Shown here: positions 17,693 through 24,699 of the stretch, piece by piece
Position numbering within the stretch: position 1 is the first letter of the stretch
Layout: every line of letters starts with the position of its first letter
From: Planctomycetota bacterium
GTDB lineage: Bacteria > Planctomycetota > Phycisphaerae > SM23-33
Reading direction: 5' to 3'
Assembly: GCA_016235825.1 (NCBI GenBank)
Contig: JACRIL010000184.1
Location: forward strand, 1-61,213
Length of the DNA stretch: 61,213 nucleotides
Notes under the pieces: model-generated
Database searches by the model: none
What the model was told of the DNA's origin: nothing
Seen by the model: the letters and a program-made list of their open reading frames with translations, nothing else
Translations under genes and position numbers: made by a program

Positions 17693-18670
17693 TTATTCTC
17701 CCTCTCCGACCTTGGCCTTTTCGTCGTTGGTCCAATCCTGAAAGTACCTGGCCTTCACGTCGTCCAGCGTCTTGCCGGATTTCAGGGCCTTGACGGCCTG
17801 CTCGATGAGCCGGGTTGACGCGATACGGCGGAGACGGTTTCGGTCGATGCCATCCCGGAGCTTTTTGACCCAATTCAGCAGCGTCCGCGTCTGCTCGGCA
17901 TCGAGGGCGCCACGAGCGATGTTGTGCTCCAGCACCGTGTCGTACCCGACGTGCAGCTTGGCCAGTACGAACCTGTCCAAAGTGGCGCCGTCAAGTGCGT
18001 TGCGGCCAACGTACACCATGTCGCCGCCGCGACCGTAGGTGTTGGCAGCCGTAACAATCAGGCAATCAGGATGACGCTCGATCACCTCGCCGGTAACCGG
18101 ATTGCAGAGAACCCCATTGGCAAGGGCCGCGTTGATGCTGACCATCACGTTGCCGTCGGCGGCGTCAACTTCGTCGAACAGGAACAGGCCGCCGTTGCGG
18201 TAAATCTTGATGAACGGCGATTCGACATATGCCCAGGTCCCGTCAGCCGTGGGCAGCATACGGCCGAAGATATGCGTCTCGGTTACGCCGGCCGACAGGC
18301 TGATGAACGCGAACTTGCGACCGATCGCCTTGGCAATGTGCTTGACCAGCGTGGTCTTGCCAGTGCCGGCCGGACCCACCAGCATTATGTTCTGGTGACC
18401 CTCGGAGACCAGTGACAAAAGCTCGTCGAATTGCTTGTGCGGCGTCTCCGACAGCTTGTTCACCGCACCGGCAATGTGCACCTCCAGCGTCCGGGGCAGC
18501 ATGGCGCCGGCAATGGCGCTATCAACGATATCCCGCACCTTGGGCTCATCGACCAGGCCGGTCAGCTCCAGATGCTCCTGAATGGCGCCGGCCAGCTTTC
18601 TGAAAACTTCTTGCGGCTCAACTGCGGTTTTACTATCATCGGTTGCGATCATGGAAGGTTCCTCTTTCAT
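17693..18670 (-). CDS. AAA_5 (MoxR/CobS-like) ATPase
   Basis: Walker A LVGPAGTGKTT, Walker B LFLFDEVDAA, sensor TAANT, and LDGATLDRF arginine region. ATG at 18670; the track start at 18676 is TTG. Confidence 0.8.
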   Translation of the reverse strand: MKEEPSMIATDDSKTAVEPQEVFRKLAGAIQEHLELTGLVDEPKVRDIVDSAIAGAMLPRTLEVHIAGAVNKLSETPHKQFDELLSLVSEGHQNIMLVGPAGTGKTTLVKHIAKAIGRKFAFISLSAGVTETHIFGRMLPTADGTWAYVESPFIKIYRNGGLFLFDEVDAADGNVMVSINAALANGVLCNPVTGEVIERHPDCLIVTAANTYGRGGDMVYVGRNALDGATLDRFVLAKLHVGYDTVLEHNIARGALDAEQTRTLLNWVKKLRDGIDRNRLRRIASTRLIEQAVKALKSGKTLDDVKARYFQDWTNDEKAKVGEGE

Positions 18671-18676
18671 GGTCAA

Positions 18677-18707
18677 GGCCGGCAGGTGTCCGAAGCACCT
18701 GCCGGCC
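18677..18707 (-). promoter_or_regulatory. Perfect 12-bp GC-rich hairpin with cUUCGg-type loop immediately 5-prime of the AAA_5 gene
   Basis: GGCCGGCAGGTG / CACCTGCCGGCC (18677-18688 / 18696-18707). The minus-strand loop is CUUCGGA. No U tract follows. Confidence 0.5.
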
Positions 18708-18803
18708 GGCTTCGTTTATGGCCCGGACCACCCGGACCAGTTTGCATCAAGGCCCTGACCCGGAGTTGCACCGGGCGACACTGATAGGGCCGACTTTTTT
18801 GGT

Positions 18804-19016
18804 TCACTTGCTCTTCACGATGGTTATCTGGAATTCGGTTCCGTCGTCCATCGTCAGCACCAACCCCTTGTTGGTTGTCAACATTCCGACCTCCTCGAAA
18901 GTGCTTATCCGATGAATGCAATCGGGCAGCATTCCTGAATCCGGGTCGATGCTTTGGATTACTTCCCGAATCCCGTGCGCCACGATGTTTTCTGTGGTTT
19001 TCTCGTTCGTAATCAT
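18804..19016 (-). CDS. 70-aa hypothetical protein
   Basis: ATG at 19016 with AAGGGA upstream. Protein-like composition. It is the first ORF after the long leader. Confidence 0.45.
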   Translation of the reverse strand: MITNEKTTENIVAHGIREVIQSIDPDSGMLPDCIHRISTFEEVGMLTTNKGLVLTMDDGTEFQITIVKSK

Positions 19017-19019
19017 GGT

Positions 19020-19735
19020 TGCTAATCCCTTTCGTAATGGGCGGTATTGCCCAAAGCCCGCCGGGGCTTATTTACCCCGGCGGACGAATACCAAAGGGCG
19101 GGCGGGCTTATAGGTTCTTGTTGCTGGCACGCAGCCAGCGAACGTCGTCCGTGCCGCCCTTTGCCCTTTGGAGGTTTTAGGCCGTTCCGCGGCCGAACTG
19201 ATTTGCTACCTGGCGGCGTGGAGCAGGGCGATGGCCCAAACGACCACAGCGGATAGAGGTATGATGATCCACATCTTGCACACCCTTTCGGTTGGATTGC
19301 CACTATTGGCAAGGCCCGTTCACGGAGTCGAACCGTGAAACACCACCGGGCCGGAATTTCATTTAACGGTTGCTTGCTTCCCGCGTACTTGTCTTGCCGC
19401 CAGGCTGCGTGCCTGTCCTGTGTCTTCCAGCGCGTTGCCGGGTTCTTTCTGTTTCCGATCGGGTCGTCCACCGGACTGAGCCGGTTTCCCGCATATTGGA
19501 AGGTTGCGTGCAAGGGGCCGCGTTCTTTGCTTCCGGTATAACCTGAGAGGCGGACATAACTCCCGGCCACGCTGACAACGCCTGCTAACAGCCTGTCAGC
19601 CAGCCAACCTCTTTATTCCCGGCCACATTCATCAAGAGGGCGTCTTGACCGCTGACAGACCTGCCTTTATTCGGCGTCCAGCCTGCCCGCGGGCACACGT
19701 TTTTCCTGATTCAATTTTAAGTTTCCTGTGCTTCT
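19020..19735 (-). ncRNA. Candidate long structured leader / large ncRNA (class unknown)
   Basis: ORF-free stretch downstream of the promoter at 19742-19770. Multiple perfect helices: 19058-19083, 19091-19171, 19180-19194, 19313-19352, 19471-19484, 19593-19658. A 10-mer is duplicated at 19561-19570 and 19617-19626. Confidence 0.35.
19297..19352 (-). other. tRNA-like acceptor/T-arm minihelix followed by a short hairpin
   Basis: Minus strand reads GGCCCG-GTGGTGT-TTCACGG-TTCGACT-CCGTGAA-CGGGCC, then TTGCCA-ATAG-TGGCAA. GGTTCGACTCC is identical to the T-arm 11-mer of the host tRNA-Gly (29608-29618). No D or anticodon arm. Confidence 0.4.
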
Positions 19736-19741
19736 ATCATA

Positions 19742-19770
19742 ATTATAGTATCCACAAGCACTTATGTAAA
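19742..19770 (-). promoter_or_regulatory. Near-consensus sigma70-type promoter TTTACA-N17-TATAAT
   Basis: Minus strand: TTTACA (19770-19765), 17-nt spacer, TATAAT (19747-19742). It lies in an AT-rich island and points into the structured leader. Confidence 0.5.
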
Positions 19771-19813
19771 CTTAATAGCGGCAACGACTTAAGATTATTT
19801 GCGGTTCTAAGCG

Positions 19814-19836
19814 GATGTAAGTAATTGATTTACATC
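19814..19836. promoter_or_regulatory. Operator-like inverted repeat GATGTAA-N9-TTACATC
   Basis: 7-bp perfect arms at 19814-19820 and 19830-19836 in the AT-rich island. Nearby repeats: ACTTGCAAA twice and GCGG(G)AATTTT twice. Confidence 0.3.
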
Positions 19837-20332
19837 GACTTGCAAAGATTGTTGCGGAATTTTGCGGGAATTTTGTTGATAGGCCAGTTGGTCTACGATA
19901 CAAACACTTGCAAATAAGCGACTTGTGAGTCGAAGGCAGCTGTCTTATGACGCAGCCGCCCTCTGTGACCTGTCTATAATTTACGAGATATCACTCCGAA
20001 ATTTGCGAGATGCCGCTCTTGTCCTGTCGCAAAAACCTCTCAAAGCATCCCGGCAATCCAGAACCACCCGTGCGGCCGTACGGCACGCGACCATACTCCG
20101 GCTGTTCCGAGGCATGACTGTGCACGGGCCAAAACATAACCTTTGAAATATCAATCGCTTACGCACTCACAGGCTCTCACTGCCACAGCTTTTTTTTGCG
20201 AAAGAAAGAAACAAAAGTAACGTTCCCGGGTGTTCCCCCCAAGGTGCATTTCTTTCGCTCGCTCTCGGAGGACCCTACGCCATCTCACTTTTTTTATCTC
20301 ATCGTGTCTCATTGCATATCGAATTGGCCCTA

Positions 20333-20716
20333 TTATCCCAAAGTCACGCTTTTCTTCAATACCAAGATATCCTTGCTTACTCCCGGCCCGTCATAGCCCA
20401 AGCAGTAGTGCCATGCATCGGCTGGCGGATCGCACTGACGCCTGCCTGAAGACCATTCGACCTTCGTCCCGCCAATCCCGTCCAGGCAGAAATACTCGCG
20501 ATATGCGTCAAGGCGGAACTTCCGGCAGTCTCGGCATCGGCAATGCCTCAAAATGGTCGCATTCAGAGGGGGTGGAGGGCGGTTTTGCGAGTCTAGCGAG
20601 TCTAGCGAGTCTATTTCAGCCCGTAATATATTTTTTATATTGTATCTCTTCAAAATTGTTTTAAGGGGTTGAAACTGACTCGCTAGACTCGCTTCATTTA
20701 TTGCGTGGCATTTCAT
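20333..20716 (-). CDS. Possible small Cys-rich protein (start uncertain)
   Basis: The C-terminal 70 aa (CRCRDCRKFRLDAYREYFCLDG...CDPPADAWHYCLGYDGPG) look protein-like. The N-terminal 55 aa are encoded by the iterons and AT-rich tract, so a TTG start at 20551 (72 aa) is an alternative. Confidence 0.35.
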   Translation of the reverse strand: MKCHAINEASLASQFQPLKTILKRYNIKNILRAEIDSLDSLDSQNRPPPPLNATILRHCRCRDCRKFRLDAYREYFCLDGIGGTKVEWSSGRRQCDPPADAWHYCLGYDGPGVSKDILVLKKSVTLG

Positions 20717-20826
20717 GTGTTTGCATTGCCCTCATATTGATTTCACCCGCTTTTATTCCTTGCAATCTTTGCATGCATGCCAACTTCCCCCATCATCCCG
20801 TCGCGCATGGACCAGAATAGACTCGC
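20587..20826. repeat. Iteron cluster flanking an AT-rich tract: candidate phage replication origin
   Basis: GCGAGTCTA three times in tandem (20587-20613), then an AT-rich 60 nt, then inverted copies at 20677-20692 and 20818-20826. The 12-mer GGCATTTCATGT is repeated at 20707 and 20850. The cluster lies directly 3-prime of the primase-helicase gene. Confidence 0.5.
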
Positions 20827-20855
20827 TGGACTCCCAAGGTCTCTTTCATGGCATT

Positions 20856-23270
20856 TCATGTTTTGTATATCTTCCACACTACTCCCGCCCGGTTGTACTT
20901 GCTGGAATCAAAGTCCAGATAGGCGGATCGTATGACTTGACGCCGTAACCGCCTGAATTTGTTCCCCACCTGCTTGGGAGTCGGGGCCCTGCCCGGGGGA
21001 CAACCCACCAGGTTTTCCAGGGCTGCACGCATCGCTACAGCCGTCTGGTCCTTGGGAGAATACTGCATCTGCACCGGGTATAGCCTGCCGATCATCTCCG
21101 AAACAACCACGCCCTGGTCAAAGGGGTCATATTCTTTCCATGCCGTAAGCAACTGGCCAAGGGCATCGGTTGACGTATCGGACGTTTCGGCCAGCCTTAT
21201 CCGCGTCAGGCATGGATCTGGCAGCCCCACCCAGACGACCGCCTGCCTCACCAGGTCCGACCAACCCTCAAAACTCCCAAAAGGCTTCAGACCCTGCGCC
21301 GGCCTGCCGGACCCGCAATAGGCCGACAGGATAGTCATGGCCGAAGACAGCAACCGACCGCGATTGGCGCCGATCCATCCCAGCAGATCGGGATGCCTGA
21401 AGCCGGTCCGCTCCTCTGGTTTTTCATCCATCACGTCCAACCTGATATGTATCACCCGCCTGGCAGTGTCCGCCGCGACCGCCACGTTGTTCCCGGTTGC
21501 GTACCAGACCGGCAGGAGCGGCAGGTCGATCTCCTCGCTGCGGCCCAGTATTCGATCCTTCCAGCGTGTGCTGGTCAGTGCACGGTCGAGGGCGTCATTG
21601 CCGAATGCACCCTCCAGGTTATCCATCAAAACCATCCGGTCGCCCGCGATGGCTATGGCCGTGATCCGCTTGCGCATCTCGTCAGGATCGTGGGCATAGC
21701 TGCTGACCGGCATCTCCCTGCCCAGCAGGATTCGCCCGATGACCTGGGCCAGCAAACCCTTGCCCGCCCCGCGTATGTTGGCGTCGATCAGGAACAATGG
21801 CGACGGGCCCATAAACGCGAACCGGCCCAGCGGGGTCAGCAATGCCGCCAGCCATGCCGCCCTGTGCTCCTGGGCCTCGAACCTGAAGTCGCAGACCACT
21901 TCCATCAGGTCGTCCAGGGCCGCAACCGCATCATCTATATTGACCTCGTGGTGCACTGTCGGGAAAACCCCCTCGCTCTCGAAAAGCACACCGGTCTGCC
22001 CGTCATAGCCCGGATCCTGCCAGACGCTGCCGTCGGCCCTCAGCACCGGCGAGTCCGACACGCCCGAAAGATGTCTTATCCCCGGCCATTCGGCCCGGGC
22101 CTCAATAGCCGACACCAGCCATGGCGCCGGATGGGCCGGAGCAGTTTGGCCTTTTTTACAGGCCTTGATAAATGATGCAAAGCGGGTCATCCGCTCCCGC
22201 AGGTTCGCCGCCGGCACGCTCTGGATCGTCGGCGAGCCGATCGGCCGCCTGATCCCGTCCATGGGCTGCAAATCCCGGATAACTCGTACAAGTATTCCGC
22301 CCCTCTGGTAGAGGTCCGGATCGGCCCGCAGCGCGACTATCGTATCGGCGACCACGCGGTGCTCTTCGGTATCGATCAGGATTTCCGGAAGGGTGCCGCC
22401 ATCCCTGTCACCTCGCGCCGACAAGGCCTCGCCCCGGGTGCACTTTCCCTCCGCGTCACGCAGGCGTTTGGTTATCTGCCCTTTGGACCACTCCTTCGGG
22501 AACGGACGCTGTGCAGCGTATTGGCACATACACGCTAACGCCTCATCTACGGACAGATCATGCTCCACACACCTGCAGCACGCCGAAAATAGCCGGAATG
22601 ATCCGTCAAAATTGTCCACGATATTCATCGCCAGCATAGACTTGAGACACCAGGCCATACGCTCATCCATCGACATGGCCGGCTGGACCATGGGTTTGGC
22701 GGGTTGTATTTGTTTGCCAGGCCAGAGGACCTGGCATAATTCATCCAGCTCGATCTGCCGATCTTCCACATTCCGGCTGGTCGCAGTCCACAGCCTGCCC
22801 GTGACCGTGAAGTAGCGTTCCTTGTCAAATATCTCCAGCCTGCCGGATTTGCCCGGCCCCCGGCCGCGGACTGTGCACTGTGCAAAGTCCGGCTTGCAGC
22901 CCCTGAAGAAAAGTTTCAACCCTTTGCCCGACGGACTGATCTCGCTGTACGTGTTGAAGTGCTCGATCACTTCTTTTGCCCAGTCCTGCAGGTTGCCGCT
23001 ATCATCCAGGCAATTGTCCAGGTCAATGCCGCAGAATCCATCATCGTCGCTGAAGACGAAGCCGATCCCGTCATATTTGCCGGCAGCGGCCACGGCGTCT
23101 TCAAAATCGCACCAGGTGGCCATGTCAGTGCTGCTGGCCTTCCTGCCGGTTCGGGCGGCATACGGAATCTTTCGGGATTCGCCTTTCTCCCCCGGCTCGT
23201 ATCGCCAGCAGACCCATTGGTCGAGTTCCTTGAGGCATGAAGGAATGTTTTCGACAAGCAGCTGTGCCAT
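20856..23270 (-). CDS. Primase-polymerase (Prim-Pol) / P4-D5-type SF3 helicase
   Basis: N-terminus WVCWRYEP...GIGFVFSDDDGFCGIDLDNC...EISPSGKGLKLFF. C-terminal Walker A NIRGAGKGLL. ATG at 23270, just after the upstream stop. Confidence 0.85.
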   Translation of the reverse strand: MAQLLVENIPSCLKELDQWVCWRYEPGEKGESRKIPYAARTGRKASSTDMATWCDFEDAVAAAGKYDGIGFVFSDDDGFCGIDLDNCLDDSGNLQDWAKEVIEHFNTYSEISPSGKGLKLFFRGCKPDFAQCTVRGRGPGKSGRLEIFDKERYFTVTGRLWTATSRNVEDRQIELDELCQVLWPGKQIQPAKPMVQPAMSMDERMAWCLKSMLAMNIVDNFDGSFRLFSACCRCVEHDLSVDEALACMCQYAAQRPFPKEWSKGQITKRLRDAEGKCTRGEALSARGDRDGGTLPEILIDTEEHRVVADTIVALRADPDLYQRGGILVRVIRDLQPMDGIRRPIGSPTIQSVPAANLRERMTRFASFIKACKKGQTAPAHPAPWLVSAIEARAEWPGIRHLSGVSDSPVLRADGSVWQDPGYDGQTGVLFESEGVFPTVHHEVNIDDAVAALDDLMEVVCDFRFEAQEHRAAWLAALLTPLGRFAFMGPSPLFLIDANIRGAGKGLLAQVIGRILLGREMPVSSYAHDPDEMRKRITAIAIAGDRMVLMDNLEGAFGNDALDRALTSTRWKDRILGRSEEIDLPLLPVWYATGNNVAVAADTARRVIHIRLDVMDEKPEERTGFRHPDLLGWIGANRGRLLSSAMTILSAYCGSGRPAQGLKPFGSFEGWSDLVRQAVVWVGLPDPCLTRIRLAETSDTSTDALGQLLTAWKEYDPFDQGVVVSEMIGRLYPVQMQYSPKDQTAVAMRAALENLVGCPPGRAPTPKQVGNKFRRLRRQVIRSAYLDFDSSKYNRAGVVWKIYKT

Positions 23271-23275
23271 TGGAA

Positions 23276-23824
23276 TCACCTCGAACCTGTCTTGAGGCCA
23301 AAATCCAAACCGCCAAGCTGAACCCGGCCGTCCCGATATGCCCGCAGCACCGTCAATTCGCCGCACTGGAACTTGATCGCGTCACGATCCGGGAATGCGG
23401 TGCCGACATGCTGGTGAGACATTACGCTTGCCAGCGGACCATGCTGCTTGATCGCCGGTAAAATAAATCCAAACGACGGTATGACGCTGCCACCAGGAAG
23501 ACGCCATGCCGCATTCATGTAGTCCAGAAGTTGGCTTATCCCGGGACCTATCTTCTCACCCGAACGCTTTATCTCGACAACTATGCAGCCGCTTGCCCAT
23601 CCTGCAGCCGCAAGCTTGGCGCTCGGGAACAGAAGAACGTCAGCCCTGAGCCCGTTATACTTCTGGAAATGGTGCTTCCAGAGTGCCACACCCTCAATCT
23701 GCCTGTAGACTCCGAACAAACCGGTCGCGTTCACAAACTCGATGAAAAATTGCTCAGCCTGCTCCTCTGTCTGCCAATTACCGCAGGTAAGCGCCTCATG
23801 GATATCTTCTTCATTGCCAATCAT
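23276..23824 (-). CDS. PD-(D/E)xK-like nuclease-fold protein
   Basis: ADVLLFP...GCIVVEIKRSGEK gives a D...ExK arrangement. ATGA overlap with the upstream gene. Assignment is tentative. Confidence 0.4.
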   Translation of the reverse strand: MIGNEEDIHEALTCGNWQTEEQAEQFFIEFVNATGLFGVYRQIEGVALWKHHFQKYNGLRADVLLFPSAKLAAAGWASGCIVVEIKRSGEKIGPGISQLLDYMNAAWRLPGGSVIPSFGFILPAIKQHGPLASVMSHQHVGTAFPDRDAIKFQCGELTVLRAYRDGRVQLGGLDFGLKTGSR

Positions 23825-24207
23825 GGCTTCTCCAAGTCAGCGTTTATCGTCCCTGTGCTTGCGATCCCTTTTTCAACATCCTCAACACCCCTGGCCAGGA
23901 TGTATATCCCGTTGCGGAGCTTTATCTCGCAGGCCATGCGGATCTGGGCCGGCGACTGCCTGCCCGATTCAGATTTGCACTCCACGCCGATAAACCTGCC
24001 ACCGGGCAGCAGGCCCGTGATATCCGGCCAGCCCTTCGGGATCGCGTCCCCTAAAAACGCCCCGGCCTTGTACGCGGCCCCCGCGTCCGTAACAGCCACC
24101 AGGCAACCCATGGCCCGTAAATGAGCAAGGATGGATTTCTGGATGGCGAGTTCCGGCTTCTTGCGCCTGCGGCGAGGTGAAAACACATCTTCTGCTCGAA
24201 GGCTCAT
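23821..24207 (-). CDS. VRR-NUC domain nuclease
   Basis: ELAIQKSILAHLRAMGCLV...GWPDITGLLPGGRFIGVECKSESGRQSPAQ matches the VRR-NUC pattern. The ATG at 24207 overlaps the upstream stop. Confidence 0.7.
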   Translation of the reverse strand: MSLRAEDVFSPRRRRKKPELAIQKSILAHLRAMGCLVAVTDAGAAYKAGAFLGDAIPKGWPDITGLLPGGRFIGVECKSESGRQSPAQIRMACEIKLRNGIYILARGVEDVEKGIASTGTINADLEKP

Positions 24208-24398
24208 GGCTCGTCTCCCGCATATTTCCAGCCGATCTCCCAGTAGGCTGCTTCCTTGCTGCCCGGCGGATAGGGATTTTCTAAACTCGACCTGCCGGCC
24301 CTGCAGTCCTTGAAGCCGTGGTAAAAAGCCGCGTACCGCCTGCCTTCGCGTGCGGCCCTGCTGCGATCCATCAATCTTCGCCTGCGATGCCAGTCCAT
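24204..24398 (-). CDS. Rmf/CrpP-like small protein
   Basis: 64 aa. AFYHGFKDCRAGRSSLENPYPPGSKEAAYWEIGWKYA follows the G..aGr...nPY......W..GW pattern of Rmf/CrpP-fold proteins. Confidence 0.5.
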   Translation of the reverse strand: MDWHRRRRLMDRSRAAREGRRYAAFYHGFKDCRAGRSSLENPYPPGSKEAAYWEIGWKYAGDEP

Positions 24399-24401
24399 GG
24401 C

Positions 24402-24605
24402 TCATTCACCGCTTCCTCGATACGGCAGCCAGGTAAAGTAGCCCTTCATGGCCACCTGCTCCGCGTAGATATTCACACGCCTCTCGATCTCCACCTGGAC
24501 CACCGGATTGCGGAACCGCCGGCCAGGCGGGATGGGCTTATCAGCCACAGGCCGACCGCCCTTGATCGGCTCAATCATCTTTTGTTCACCCTGTTCACGA
24601 AGCAT
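24402..24605 (-). CDS. 67-aa hypothetical protein
   Basis: ATG with GGAGG upstream. No recognisable motif. Confidence 0.4.
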   Translation of the reverse strand: MLREQGEQKMIEPIKGGRPVADKPIPPGRRFRNPVVQVEIERRVNIYAEQVAMKGYFTWLPYRGSGE

Positions 24606-24699
24606 TTTGGAAAAACCTCCGTGTCAAAAAGCAGCCGGCCGGGCGGGGGCGTCCATGCCACCTCGCCCGGTCAGACTGCTGGAGCCAGTCCTTAGATGC

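Noticed and set aside
18677-18707. Rho-independent terminator
   Set aside because: The stem is strong, but the following transcript sequence is UUGACCAUG with no U tract, and a gene start follows immediately.
19290-19420. A complete tRNA, suppressor tRNA or tmRNA gene at the T-arm-like motif
   Set aside because: There is no 5-prime acceptor strand (GCCCGTT) at tRNA distance and no D or anticodon arm can be drawn. CCA does not follow the discriminator position. I found no tmRNA-style tag frame ending in ...AA-stop. Only a minihelix is supported.
19022-19570. 182-aa ORF (and overlapping 71-aa and 68-aa ORFs) as protein-coding genes in the leader region
   Set aside because: The composition is Arg/Pro/Gly/Ala-rich without hydrophobic core periodicity. 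There is no ribosome-binding context, and the region is packed with perfect hairpins. It looks like typical shadow ORFs of GC-rich non-coding sequence.
20587-20613. Mini CRISPR-like array (GCGAGTCTA x3)
   Set aside because: The units are 9 bp, directly abutting with no spacers, and inverted copies lie nearby. This fits iterons, not CRISPR.
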